62,997 bases of DNA, filler included, from Chiloscyllium plagiosum (GCF_004010195.1; 3 parts of one record of this genome joined end to end with filler, not necessarily neighbours in it); one strand, 5' to 3'; positions 37,330 to 50,599 are shown, numbered from the whole stretch's first letter. Translations and numbers: made by a program. Notes: a model not told the origin generated them from the sequence alone.

Positions 37330-40300
37330 TCAGAGCAGATGGGATGGAAGCCTGTGCAGTTACATTGTCATCTTGCAGGATGTAAGGATTATACTGCTCC
37401 ACATGCTGACTACAATCGCGAGAGGAGTACCTAACTTCAGCTCCTTACAGACAACGTGGGGGAACTCGAGAGGGAATTGGATGAACTTCGGATATTTTGG
37501 GAGACTGATGGGGTGATAGGGAGGAGTTATGGGGAGGTAGTCACAGCGAGTTCACAGGATAAATGCAGCTGGGTGAATGTCAGGAGAGGTAAAGGGAAGA
37601 GGCAAGCAATGCAGGGATCCCATGTGGTCGTTCCCCAAAATAATATGTATACCATTCTGGATACTGTTGGACAACGTGTTAAGAATCAAACGGGGAAAGC
37701 CTCAGTGGCCAGATTTCTGGCAATGAGCCTGGCTCTGTGCGAATGAAGGGAAGAAGGCAGAGTGTTAGTGATATGAGATTCAATCGTCACAGGAACAGAC
37801 ATGAGTTTCTGCGGCCATCAGAAACACGTGGTTGAGAATGCCCTCCAGCTCATTTCATCTGCGTCCCACACTTCTGCCCAGGAGCCCCACCCTTCCTAAC
37901 GCTAAAAGTACAGAAACCCATCGCTCCTCCCGTTCCAGCACACAAAGGTCCGTATACACTGCATCATTCTCCGCTATTTCATCCACCAAAAAACGAACCA
38001 TATCAACAAGACATATTTCTGTCCCCACCACTATCAGCATTTTAGCGAGATCAATCCCTTCACAACTCCCTCGGTAGATCCACGTCACTCACCAGTCATC
38101 AACCGACTCCCTCTACCTTCCCCTGACACCGCAGAAGGTGCAACATCTGCGCCCATGCCCCCCATTCCCTTCCAAGACCTCCAGTGATTCTTCCACATTC
38201 GATAGAAACTTACGTGCAGCTCCACTAATGTCATTTACTCTGTCAATTGCACCTCATCGGGGAGACAGAACGCCAACTTGTGGATCATTTCAGAGAACAT
38301 CTCTGGGACACAAGCACCCACTGCTAACCACACGATGGCTGAACACTTCAACTCCCTTTCCTAAACAGTCAAGGACGTGCAGGTCCTGGGCATCATCCAT
38401 CACCAACCCCTTACCACACGTCGACTGAAAAAAGAACGCCTCATACTTCGCCTTGAGACCCTGTCACCTCAAGAGATCAATGCCAATTTAACCAGTTTCC
38501 ACATTTCTCCACCCCCCACTTTACCCCAGTCTCAAACGTCAAACTCAGAACCGCCCGCTTGACCAGTCCATCACGTTTCCTTTCTATCCGCTCCAGTCTC
38601 CTCTCTGACCTATCCTCTTCTCCCCAACTTCATTTACTTATCCCATTACCAGGTCCATTCGCCCCAACCCCAGCCTCCTTCCATTTATCTCTCATTCCAA
38701 TTCCGCAGCCTATGAGCCTCATTCCTGTTGAATGCCCCAAATGTCGATTCTGCTATTTCTCGGATACACCCAGACCTGCTATACTTTTCCATCACCACTC
38801 TCTCGATTCTGATCTGCAGCAACTGAAGTTCTAGCTTTCTCCTCGACAGGAAGATATGGTGGATTTGCTGTTTGAAAACAAACTAAGCCAGGTGTCAGAC
38901 CTCGCTTTGGGAGAATATTTTCCTGACAGCGTTCACAATTCCCCGACTTGTATTATCGTCATGGAGAAGGATAGGAGCAGGCAGTATAAGTCAGTATTGG
39001 AGGGAGGTTGGAATTACAATGATATTAGACAGGAACTGGGACGCCTATCATGGGAACAGACGTTCTCAGGGAAGTGCACAACTGAAGTGCGCAGGTAGTT
39101 TTAGAACACCTGCTGATAGTTCTGTATATGTTGTCCTACTGAGACAAGGATTGTAAAAGCAGTGGTTTACAAGGGATGTGGCACATCGCATCAAGAAGGA
39201 GAAATAAGCTTCCTTAAGGTTGAGGATGAAAGGATCAGATAGGACGTTAGATGTTTACATGATAGCCAACAAGGAACGGAGGAAAGAACTTAGGAGAACT
39301 AGAATGGGAAATGAAACAGCTTTAACGGGTATGATGAAGTAAAACACTAGGGCGTTCTACACTGAAGTGAGGAACAAGAGGATGTCCACAGTGAGGGTAA
39401 GGCCGATCAGGGTTCGGGGAGGCAACATTCACCTGGAGTTGGAGAAGGTAGGGGAGGTCCTTAATCAATACTTTGCTTCAGTATTCACTACTGAGAAGGA
39501 TCTTGACGTTTTTGAGGACAGCGTGATACAGATTGAAATGCTGGAATTGGTTGATTTTCGGAAGGAGGCTGTGCTGAAATATAACAGAAAACAGAAAAAT
39601 CGATAAATCAGCTGGGCCAGGTGGGATATGTCCAAGGTTACTACAGGAAGTGAGGAAGAGACTGCTGCGCCTTTACCGATGATCTTTGCATCCTCACTGT
39701 CCACGGAAGAAGCACCAGGTGAGTGGAGGGTGGCAAATGCTCGTCCCTTGTTCCAGAAAGCGAATAGGGAAATTTACAGAGCAGTTCGTCAAAAGTCAGT
39801 GGTGGACAAATTATTCGAGAGGATGTTGAGAGACAGGATTTATGATTACTTTGAAAACCACAGTTTAATTAGAGATAGTCAGCATGGCTTTGTGAGGGGC
39901 AGGATATACGTCACAAATTTTGTTGATTTTTTTCAGAATGTGTCAAAACATGTTGATGAAGCGAGAGCAGTGGTTGTGGTGTGCATGGATTTTGGCAAGG
40001 CATTTGATACGTTTCCCTATGGTAGGCTCATTCAAAAAGTAAGGCAATATAGGAATGGGGAAATCCTCTCTGTCTGGCTATAGAATTGGCTGGCCCATAG
40101 ACCACAGAGGTTGGTAGTTGGTGGAAAGTATCCAGACAGGAGCTCGATGACAATTGTAGTTCAAAAGGCCTCAGTTCTGGGACGTCTGATTTTTTATAAG
40201 CGTATTGGATTAGGACGTGGAAGGGTAGGTTAGTAATTTTGCCAATGACACAGGGTTTGGTTGATTTCTGGATAATGTGGATGGCTTTGCCTGTTGCAAT

Positions 40301-40572
40301 GAGATATTTATAGGATGCAGAACCGGGCTGATATGTGGAAGATGGAGTTCAACCTGGAAAAGTGTGAAGTATTTCACTTTTGAATGTCGAATTTCAAATC
40401 AGAACATAGGGTTAACGGCAGGATTCATGGCAGTGTGGAGGATCAGAGTGATCTTGATATCCATGTCCATAGATCCCTCAAAGTTGCCACCCAAGTTGAT
40501 AGGTTTGTTAAGAAGGTGGATGGTGTGGTGCATTCATTAATTGTGGTACTGATTTTAATAGCCGCAATTTAA
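37330..40572 (+). mobile_element. Long decayed CR1/HER1 LINE (ORF1 remnant plus ORF2), interrupted by a Penelope element and truncated at an LTR
   Basis: ELERELDELRI ORF1-like coiled coil; VLNQYFASVFT, WRVANARPLFQK, DSQHGFVRGR, MDFGKAFD, HVHRSLKVATQVD. Confidence 0.85.
37830..38845 (+). mobile_element. Penelope-like element (probably Neptune-type) 3' portion nested in CR1
   Basis: GETERQLVDHFREHL; QVLGIIHHQPLTTRRLKKERLILRLETLSPQEINANL; same tail as 22920-23975. Confidence 0.85.
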
Positions 40573-40574
40573 TG

Positions 40575-43500
40575 TGCTACAGCACGGTGGTGAACCCTTC
40601 TGCTAATTATCCCAAACACACAGAACAACTCAATTCACCTCGTAATCTGTTGAAGTACGAGTGACAGAGAACGACCAAGATTTGACTATTTAAAGAATAA
40701 GTAACAATATTATTCTTTAACTCCAAAAAACAATATTAAACAACTATTTACAATTTTAAGCCTTCTTTCTCTGAAAGGTCTGTTAACTGGAGGAGAAAGT
40801 GAGGGCTGCAGATGCTGGAGATCAGAGCTGAAAATGTGTTGCTGGAAAAGCTCAGCAGGTCAGGCAGCATCCGAGAATCGACGTTTCGGGCATAAGCCCT
40901 TCTTCAGGAAAGGTCTGTTAACTACCTTCTACTCTATAACAATATACTGATCCAACAAAGTAATTCTTAAATTTACAGCAGAATCAATTTTCAAAACGAA
41001 ACCACACCAGTCGTCTGCGGTGGCGAACTCCCTCTGCCGGTAGATGTCCCTGGGGCGTCTTCAGTCGTCTGCTCGAAAGATGTTTCATATGAACAAGCTA
41101 CCTTTAATGGAGAGGGTTTGCACGGGATTTGTCTGACAATGGCAGGCGCTGCTCTTACTCTGGCAAAGTGTCTACATTTCCGGCATATATATATATACCC
41201 CAAATCATGGGTTTTTTTCATTGGTTCAATGTTTCCAAAACAGTAAAATTCAAATTCGATTGATTTTCAGTATCTTGGAGCATAATTTAAACTGATTGGT
41301 TAAATTCGAACTGCTGCAAAAACATCATAACCAAGCTCAGGTACGGTTTCAAAACCAAACATTACACACTTGTAATTTTTCAGTACATGCTGAGATTGCT
41401 GTCTGTCATGTGACAGGGGCTTGCATTCACCCTCTTTTAAAGGTACTGTGCACGTCTTCAGCTTCGGAACACCTCTATCTTCGGAAAATAATGGATCATC
41501 ATGTAAAGATAGCTTATTTTTGTTCTAATTCTTAATTCTATTACTATGAAATATATAGGACGTTAATATCTGTTCATATTAACTTCTGCATACACTTGTA
41601 TATAACATTTGGAATCTGTTCCATCTTATCTATACTTTATCTGTTAAATCCGCGATGCCGCAACTACTATCACATTCTTATGATCTGCAATATGTCCAAT
41701 TTGTAAATAAAACGTCTGTAACAGAAACCTCTAAAGAAATAGTCTCATATTCTTGCGTTTAAAGGGTTCCAAAAATATAAGAAGATTGGGATCCATATAC
41801 ACAACCATCTCCGAAACATGATTCACGACATTACTATTAAAATGTTGGATGGCCAGTACAAACTCAATAGTTAATTTTGTATTGTGCAGTATTTTCTCTG
41901 GTGCATTTTAAGCTTCATTGAAAAGTACCAACTGACAGTTCAATTTCATCAGCATCTTCCTTTTCTAGCACAATTCAAATTCCTATGTTGCCAGTATCGA
42001 TTGCAATTTTGAAGTGTTTCGAAACATTTTGTGTTGCTAAAATTGGTGCGGTGGTTAATACTGCTTTTAACTCTCAAATATCTTTTCACATCGTTCTGTC
42101 CAGAAAGAAATGGTGTTCTTCCTCACCAAATCTCTTAATGGTGCCACTATGCAAATGAAGTTTGGAACAAACTTTCAAAAATATCTGTTTCCTCCCAAAA
42201 GTCGGAGCACCTCTTTTTCCAATCTTTCCAGGACTCATTAAAGATCACTATCACGTCCAAATAGACGGCACAGTTTGTTAACTGAGACACAAGTTTGTTC
42301 ATGTGTCTTTGGAATGTGGGCAGGTGGGGGGAGGGGCGGTGGTAAGTTCTTCATTCGTATGGGTATCACGTTGAATTGATTACCCGTTTGGTGTTACCAA
42401 TGCAGAAATTTCTTTTGCTTTATCTGGTTAAGGTGCCTACCAATAACCACCCAGTAAATCCAACTTTGTGAGTCACTAGCTTTTTCAACATTCTCTAAAC
42501 CGTCCGCCAATGTCGGTATTGAGTATGAGTTCAATTACAGCATTGATATTACAACACTCCGCGCAAATCATTGAGGCCCGTCAAGTTTGGGAACGAACAC
42601 GATCGTCAAAATTCAATCACTCTGCCTTGGTTCAATGATATCATTGTTGAGCATTGCCTTCGTTTCTTCCAGACCAATACAGGTTTAAAAGGATTGAGTC
42701 TGTAGTGGTATTGTTTTATCGGAACAGCAATCACTACGTCAAGCTCATGCGCAATAACATTAGTCTTCCCCATCCTCGTCCTGCATATGTCCTAATCATG
42801 CTGCAACAACCCTGTCAAATGCGTTCTTTGTTGCTGAGACAGGTACTTTATTAACTTTTACGATTGTTTAATGTATTCTGTGGTGCGTCAACTGCACAAC
42901 ATTTGGGTTTGATTCCTCAGTCTGTGGCGCAGTCACCAGCACATTTTTTTTTCCAGTTCCTACTTAATTATATTGAGGTTTCAAATGTTCACATGACGTC
43001 TGATACAGTTTTTTTCTCTAACTGGCATCTGTGCACATTAGTTTACATGACTCAACCTCTTCTCTGTTATCCAGTGACCTCTTCTGAATGGTTAACAGGA
43101 ATGCGCCATCTCCACAGGAATAAGTCAGAATTTCAGATCCTCTATCTGGCACCTCCTTCATCATATATTGTGCTCTCTTCAGGTGCATTTTTAGTTAACT
43201 CACATACTCTATTTAAAGTCTCCCTCACCTCTGATAGATATTCCAAGTGTGAGGCCTCCCTGTCAATTTGTCTTTAATCAATTTTAAGGGCCTCTCACTT
43301 CACGTTAGAATGTTAACTCGAGGGGAGTAAACTGAGTAGGTTCATTTGAGGCATATCGATTGGCAAGCAAAACGAATTGGAGACCTTCATCCCACTCATT
43401 CGACTAACCCTACACTTTTAGCATTTCATTCAGCGTCTGATGCCATCTTTATCACGCTCCTTCGGATTCAGGATTTTGCACTCCTGAAGTAGAATTTTGT

Positions 43501-45653
43501 ATACATAAGCCATCTATGACTTCCTTAAACAACCCAACACAAAAAAATAAGACCCTTGATCTGGTTGAGACTTTCTCGGTGGCCCATACCAAGTGCAGAA
43601 TGCTACTAATTCCTCTACCATCCATTTTCCCTTCATGCTCTGCAATGGAATTGTCTCTGGAAATCTGGTAGACACATCCAATATGGTTTGCAAGTATTGG
43701 TTCCCACTTGTAACTCTCAGGATGGGACTGCACAATCAGTTGTAGCCCGTGTGAAATGTTCTTCAAATGCAGGATTTCTCAACAAAGGTGTTGGTTTTAT
43801 TACCGCCTGTGGCTTACCTACCATTTAGCATGTTTGACACGTACAGCAAAATTTAACCACATCTTTGTGCATTCCAGGGCAATAGAAACGGGTTTTGTAC
43901 ATTAGCCTTACTGTTCGATGCATCTCGGTGACTACCTATATGTACTTCATGTACAACCCGTGACATTTCATCCGTGTACACTATCAGCAACACAAACAGG
44001 TGCACTTCGGCCCATTTCAACCCTGCACAAACCTGCCGTGGTCTCCAGTTTCGTCTCTAGATTTCATTTTTTAAGATAATAACCATCAGGAATCATCTTT
44101 GCCTTCATTTTGAGTATGCATCAATATATGTCGATCTTCTTGTCTCGTCTTTTTGTTCTCAGCCCATTCGCCTTTCAGAACTAATCCCTTCTGCTTTACC
44201 CTCTGCCTATTCAGTTTTTCATGCACCATTGCACCAAACAGTTTTCCCGCTAACTGAATCTCAACTCCCTCACCTTATTCTTTAGATTTTGAACTATGGT
44301 ATGAATTATGGAAGTGGTACCTTGTTACTATACAATCTGGTAAAGAACCAGGAAATCTTTCCTCTACCTACTCAGGTTGGTGATCTACCCTTAGCTTTTC
44401 CATGACAAGGGCATTCACTCCTTAATTGGAGCCTTTTAAATTGTTCCCAAGAAGAACCTGGGTTCTGGAAACTGACGCTCTGTCAATCACACCCACTGTT
44501 ACTTCCCCAGTCTTCCGTTGGCACTCCAACCTGACCTTATATCGGGGAACACTGAACATCTGTCCATCTGTCCCACAAATTACTACTCTCGGATAACAGA
44601 TCAGAAAGAGTGCAAATACGTGCATCTCTTACTATTAGAGACTGGTTAGATCCTGTATCGTTCAAAATTAAAAATTATTGCCCTTATACTCCTTACTGAG
44701 TAAACTTTACCCACAGAAGGGAATTATTTATAGAGATCAGACACGAGTATCATACCCAGTCACTACTTTGGTTGTGCACTCTCCTGCAGCTCCTCGAACT
44801 TTCATGGGATTTCCTTTACGACCTTTAGAAATGCCTCTGGCTCAGCTTCTTTTCCCACATCTTTTCCCACATTGCCTTTCTTTAAGGACCAGCTCTGTGA
44901 GTTTACGTGAGTTTACAACAGTGGAAAACACCTAAGTTCTTTTACCTCCGTTCCATCCTCTTAGGCTTCCTTTTTAGCCTATCAGAAACGTTTGCCAGTG
45001 TTCTCTACTCTTTGTTTCGTAGGGTCGGATCTCCTCTTTTCGCAAACTTCTATCCCTCGCAGAATGAATGTCTTGCTGGAAGCTGGGGTTTGCCTTCTGT
45101 TTGAATGTACAGTCTGCTGCTCTTCTCACTTCCTGAATTTTGGGTTCATTCACTTGAATTCGTATCGTGTCTGGAAGGGGATTTCTTAATATACCTCCAG
45201 TGGAATAATCTGAACTTAGAGTCTCATAGGTCTGATCTATTTTTAAGGCCCGCACCCATTTATCAATATGACAATATTTAGTTCTTTCAAACTCAGCAAA
45301 AGTCTGACCTGATTCCTTCTTTATGCTTCTGAACGGCACTCGATGTGCTTTAGATACAAATTCATGATCCTCGAAACACCCATTTTTACATTTGAATTAT
45401 CCCTTTCCCCTCATCTGATAGTGTTGCAAAGGTCTCATTAGTCCGAATTTTCTGTTTATTCCGAATTAGAACTACCCACAAGTCCCGTAACCACTCCATT
45501 TGTCTAGCGATTTTTTATAAATGAAATAAAGAAGGCTTTGACATATTTGTGTATATCACTACCTTCTCTTTTCATCTCCATCCTGTTAACTTGATTTTTC
45601 TTGTGAAGTCACAACTTTCAAAGTTTAATCTCTCTTTCTCTATTTCTCTCTCT
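40575..45653 (-). mobile_element. Gmr1-like Gypsy LTR retrotransposon (gag/SCAN-PR-IN-RT-RNaseH, probable 3' LTR ~41471-40575), decayed, 5' end lost in the gap
   Basis: SCAN-like GQTFAEFERTK..DKWVRALK (44974-45339); protease ILNDTGSNQS (~44640-44670); IN Zn finger CTCQTC (~43830) and core NQYLQTILDVSTRFPETIPL..DQGSYF; RT TKLDLLGGYW..KAKEISALVTPNG (~42350-42500); RNaseH-side VLTTAPILAT..FKIAIDTGNIGI (~41980-42070); purine tract before TG at 41471. Confidence 0.88.
40789..40907 (-). mobile_element. 119-bp Penelope-derived mini-insertion starting with an intact minimal hammerhead core
   Basis: 16-bp TSD gaaaggtctgttaact (40773-40788 / 40908-40923); minus strand begins CTGAAGA-A-GGGC-TTAT-GCCC-GAAACGTC-GA. 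Confidence 0.88.
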
Positions 45654-46153
45654 NNNNNNNNNNNNNNNNNNNNNNNNNNNNNNNNNNNNNNNNNNNNNNN
45701 NNNNNNNNNNNNNNNNNNNNNNNNNNNNNNNNNNNNNNNNNNNNNNNNNNNNNNNNNNNNNNNNNNNNNNNNNNNNNNNNNNNNNNNNNNNNNNNNNNNN
45801 NNNNNNNNNNNNNNNNNNNNNNNNNNNNNNNNNNNNNNNNNNNNNNNNNNNNNNNNNNNNNNNNNNNNNNNNNNNNNNNNNNNNNNNNNNNNNNNNNNNN
45901 NNNNNNNNNNNNNNNNNNNNNNNNNNNNNNNNNNNNNNNNNNNNNNNNNNNNNNNNNNNNNNNNNNNNNNNNNNNNNNNNNNNNNNNNNNNNNNNNNNNN
46001 NNNNNNNNNNNNNNNNNNNNNNNNNNNNNNNNNNNNNNNNNNNNNNNNNNNNNNNNNNNNNNNNNNNNNNNNNNNNNNNNNNNNNNNNNNNNNNNNNNNN
46101 NNNNNNNNNNNNNNNNNNNNNNNNNNNNNNNNNNNNNNNNNNNNNNNNNNNNN
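45654..46153. other. Assembly gap (500 N)
   Basis: 500 consecutive N. Confidence 1.
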
Positions 46154-46805
46154 CCCTCCGACAGTGCGGCACTCCCTCAGTACTGACCCTCCCATAGTGC
46201 AGCACACCCTCAGCACTGACCCTCCGACAGTGCGGCACTCCTTCAGCACTGACCCTTTGACAGTGGGGCACTCCCTCAGCACTGACCCTCTGACAGTGCA
46301 GCACTCCCTCAGTCCTGACCCTCAACTGTGCGGCACTCCCTCGGTACTGACCCTCCGACAGTGCGGCACTCCCTCAGTACTGACCCTCCCATAGTGCAGC
46401 ACACCCTCAGCACTGACCCTCCGACAGTGCGGCACTCCTTCAGCACTGACCCTTTGACAGTGGGGCACTCCCTCAGCACTGACCCTTTGACAGTGCAGCA
46501 CTCCCTCAGTCCTGACCCTCAACTGTGCGGCACTCCCTCAGTACTGACCCTCCGACAGTGCGGCACTCCCTCAGTACTGACCCTCCCATAGTGCAGCACA
46601 CCCTCAGCACTGACCCTCTGACAGTGTGGCACTCCCTCAGTACTGTGGGTGAACCTGATGCAGTGTGGCAATGATTGTCTAATCACCGCTGGGGATGTTT
46701 GTTTATGGAGTAAGAGTTACACCGTTGCAGTGTACTGACCCTCCGACAGTGCCCACTCCCTCAGCACTGACCCTCCGACAGTGTAGCACTCCCTCAGTAC
46801 TGTGG
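46154..46805. repeat. 33-bp minisatellite (cagtgcggcactccctcagtactgaccctccga) with 197-bp higher-order repeat
   Basis: Tandem 33-mers; block 46154-46350 recurs at 46351-46547; array runs into the gap. Confidence 0.95.
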
Positions 46806-47069
46806 GTGAACCTGATGCAGTGTGGCAATGATTGTCTAATCACCGCTGGGGATGTTTGTTTATGGAGTAAGAGTTACACCGTTGCAGTGGTGGGATTTGA
46901 ACACATGTCTATAAGCACGTTCGTCTGGACGTCAGGATACCTTGGTCAGTGGTATGGCCACTGCCCCATTATCTTTCTACACTTAGCATTCACCTGAACT
47001 CTGCAACCACCCACTTCCTGCAAAGGCTATCTTCCCATTCCCCTCCCAGTGCACGTTCATATTCTATAA

Positions 47070-47156
47070 GGTAAAAACAATGACTGCAGATGCTGGAAAC
47101 CAGATTCTGGATTAGTGGTGCTGGAAGAGCACAGCAATTCAGGCAGCATCCACAGG
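47070..47156 (-). mobile_element. 87-bp Penelope-derived terminal fragment insertion
   Basis: 15-bp TSD gttcatattctataa (47055-47069 / 47157-47171); same sequence family as the 26537-26733 arms. Confidence 0.85.
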
Positions 47157-47174
47157 GTTCATATTCTATAACCT

Positions 47175-48160
47175 AGCGACTTGTTTGGTCAATGGTAATC
47201 CCCATTCAGTGATGATAACACCATTGAACATCAAGGGGCCGCGATTAGATCCTCTCCCGATAGAGATAGTCGCTGCCTGTGGGAATGTAACTTGCGACTT
47301 GTCAGCCCAAGCCGAGATATTGTCCAGGTCTTGCTGCATTTGGACACGGCTTACTTCAGTGCCTGAGGAGCGGTGCATGGTGCTGAGCATTGTGCAATCA
47401 TCGGTGAACATCAGACCTTATGATGGAGGGAAGGACATTGATGAAGCAGCTGATGAGTCGAGGACACTACTCTTGAGGGACTCCTGCAGAGATGCTCTGG
47501 AGATGAGGCAACTGACCTCCAACAGCTTCCAGCATCTTCCTTTGAATTTGTTATGATTCCAGCTCGCGGAGATTTTTGTCCCAGTACCCATAAATTCCAG
47601 ATTTGCCTGGGCTCCTTGATGCCACACTCGGTCGAATGCAGCCTCGATGCCAAGGGCTGTCCCTCTCCCCTCCCCTCAGCTCTTTTGTCCATGTTTGAAC
47701 CGAGGCTGTGATGAGGTCAGGAGCTCAGTGGAACCCAAACTTGGCGTCACTGAGTGGGTGCTGCTTGATAGCCCTGTCGGTGAGACCTTCTATCACTGTA
47801 CTGACGATCGAGAGTAGACTGAGGGGGCGGTAGTTGGCTGGGTTGGATTCCTCCTGCTTTTTGTGCACAGGGCATAGCTGGGCATTTTTCCACATTGTCG
47901 GGCAGATGCTGGTGTTGTAACTGTACTGGAACAGCTTGGCTAGGGGAGCGGCAGGTTCTGGAGCGCAAGTCTTTAGTGCTGTTGCCAGAATGTTGTCAGG
48001 GCCCACAGCCTTTGCAGTATCCAGTGTCTCCATTTCTTGACATCACGTGGAGTACATCAAATTGACTGAAGAATGGTATCTGTGATGTTGGGGGCCACTG
48101 GAGGAGGATAAGATGGATCATCCACTTGACAATTCTGACTGAAGGTTGTTGTGAACGCTT
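47175..48160 (-). mobile_element. Older CR1/L2-group LINE RT fragment
   Basis: LDTAKAVGPDNI..LKTCAPE.AAPLAKLFQYSY..CPVHKKQ..NPANYRPLSLLSIVS; MFTDDCT. Confidence 0.85.
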
Positions 48161-48164
48161 CAGT

Positions 48165-48760
48165 TTTTACAAAGATAAAGTTGATTGGTCAGTGCATCAC
48201 GTACAGGAGTTGGGGGGTCATGTTGCGGCTGTACAGGACATTGGTTAGGCCACTGTTGGAATACTGCGTGCAATTCTGGTCTCCCTTCTATCAGAAAGAT
48301 GTTGTGAAACTTGAAAGCGTTCAGAAAAGATTTACAAGGATGTTGCCAGGGTTGGAGGGTTTGAGCTACAGGGAGAGGCTGAACAGGCTGGGGCTGTTTT
48401 CCCTGGAGCGTCGGAGGCTGAGGGGTGACCTTATAGAGGGTTACAAAATTATGTGGGGTATGGATAGGATAAATAGACAAGGTCTTTTCCCTGGGCTCGG
48501 GGAATCCGGAACTAGAGGGGCATAGGTTTAGGGTGAGAGGGGAAAGATATAAAAAGGACTTAAGGGGCAACCTTTTCACACAGAGGGGGAGGGGTTGGAC
48601 CGAAGCGTCTGTTTCCGTGCTGTACATCTCTATGACTCTATGGTCAGTATGGAGGAGTTGGACCGAAGCGTCTGTTTCCGTGCTGTACATCTCTATGACT
48701 CTATGGTCAGTATGGAGGGGTTGGACCGAAGCGTCTGTTTCCATGCTGTACAGCATGTGC
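48165..48760 (+). mobile_element. CR1/HER1 3' fragment with ~2.5 tandem copies of a 63-bp 3'UTR end
   Basis: ORF 48151-48525 typical CR1 C-terminus; ttggaccgaagcg recurs at 48595, 48658, 48721. Confidence 0.9.
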
Positions 48761-49699
48761 AACAATCTTCAGCCTTATCTTGTACAGTAATATGCTGGGC
48801 TCTCTCATCATTGAAGGTGGGGATATGGGGATTGATTCAATTGTCCACCATCAATCACAACAGGACCAGACAGCTTAGCTCTTAGATTTGTTAGTTGTGG
48901 GTTTGCTTATCTCTGTCTCTTGCATTCTGCTTTCACTGTTATGCATGTATGTTTTATTCTGAAGAGTCCGCCTCTTCCTTTTCCATTATATGTATCCTTC
49001 CAAAAGCCAAGTGCTCTGATTTCCAAACTTGGTCACCTTGCAACCTTCTCTCTGTAATATATTTAGATTCAAGCCACAGTTTCTATGAATGTCTCTGACC
49101 TGTCATGTGCAGTATCCTCTGTGCATTCAGATATCATGCCCTTAGCTTTGCCTTCTTTCTCTGTTTTCCCCAGTGATGCTTTGAAGTTAAGGCAACACTT
49201 GGAATCCGTGGATTGTATATTCGGACTTGTGTGTTTATGACCTGCTAATTCTCCCCCCATCCCTCCATGGGGTTAGAATGATGGATCAGATACGTTGTCA
49301 CAGTGGCTGCACTTTGAAAGGAATTCACTGACCATGAGATCCTAAGGTTGCAATTAGGCGTTATATAAATGCAGATTCGCATTTTGATTTCCTTTCCTTT
49401 ATATTTCTTCAAATCCAATAGCCTTCAATCTGGTGCTCCAATCTCTGGTACAAAGTTGTCCTGTTGTTAACTGTGCTGTGTTGAGCAAGGGAATCGGGAT
49501 TTGTATAAATCCCTCATAATTCTCCGGCATTTTCACTGAATGCCAGATTTCAGCGTCCCTTTCATCATGGCTTCTATTGCAACATGTCTGTTTTATCGGC
49601 AGCTATCCTTGTTCACAATGTCTGCAGGAGGGGGTTAAGTTGCCATCTGACCTGTCATGCATGGTCAAGTTTTCTATGGGTGATGTAAATGTGCTGTTG

Positions 49700-50240
49700 G
49701 GTGTTGCTGGCTGGATTACCATTTGCTGCCCTTAATTGCCCCTGGAAAAGGCAGCGGTGAACTCCCTTCTTGAACCGGCTGCGGTCCAGAGAGAGTTCCA
49801 TGATTTTCTACCCAGCGACACTGAAGGAACGGCCGATATATTTCCAAGTCGGGACAGGGAGTGGCTCGGATCTTGCAAGGGCAGGTCTTCCCCATGTATC
49901 TGCTGCCCCTGTCCATCTAGATAGAAGTGGTCGTGGCAGGTGCTGCCTGAGGAGCCTGGGTAAATTACTGTAATGCATCTTGTAGACAGTATATCCTGCT
50001 CCCACTGTGTATGGTGGTGGAGGGAGTGGATGTTTGTGGTTCTGGTGCCAATCGATCAGGGGCTGCTTTGCCCTGGTAGGTGTTGAGCTTCTTGAGTGTT
50101 GTTGGAGCCACCCCCATCCAGGGGCAAGTTGGGACTCAGGAGGTGAGTAGCATTTTGCTTTATTCCTATTCGCTGACCTGCTCTTGTAGCCACTGTGTTT
50201 CCACAGCAGGTTCAAGTCACGTTCTTGCCAATGGTAAATA
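49700..50240 (-). mobile_element. Older CR1/L2-group LINE 3' fragment
   Basis: YKMHYSNLPRLLRQHLP...TWKYIGRSFSVAG; same family as 51125-51880 and ~25030-25260. Confidence 0.75.
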
Positions 50241-50599
50241 AGATACATTTTAGGGTTTCATAGATAATGGGTCTCAAATTATTGCGATGTAGTGTGTAAC
50301 AATATTTTAGAGTTTGGATTTTAAAGTAGTGGCATGTGGGCTTTATTTTCTATGCATGAAAGGGTAATAATTATCATGATAGTCTTTCTGGAGGCATGAT
50401 TTTAAACCAGTCTGTCTCAGGTGATGGGGACCCTCCTGCAATGAAAATAGAGTTTGTTCACTTAGTGAGGGCACTTTGATTTGAGAGGGCAAACATTGAA
50501 AGGCATTAGCCTGCTTTAAAAGAACTAAGATGTGATGTTTGTTTTGGGTGAAACCTCATAGATCGGGAAAGTGTGAGAATGGTTTCTTCTGGAGCAAGT

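Noticed and set aside
45549..46591. Repetitive ORFs with 11-aa periodicity
   Set aside because: Products of the N gap and the 33-bp minisatellite, open on both strands
49285..49375. Possible DeuSINE/SacSINE1-like 3' tail (ggcgttatataaatgca)
   Set aside because: Too short and diverged to support without alignment
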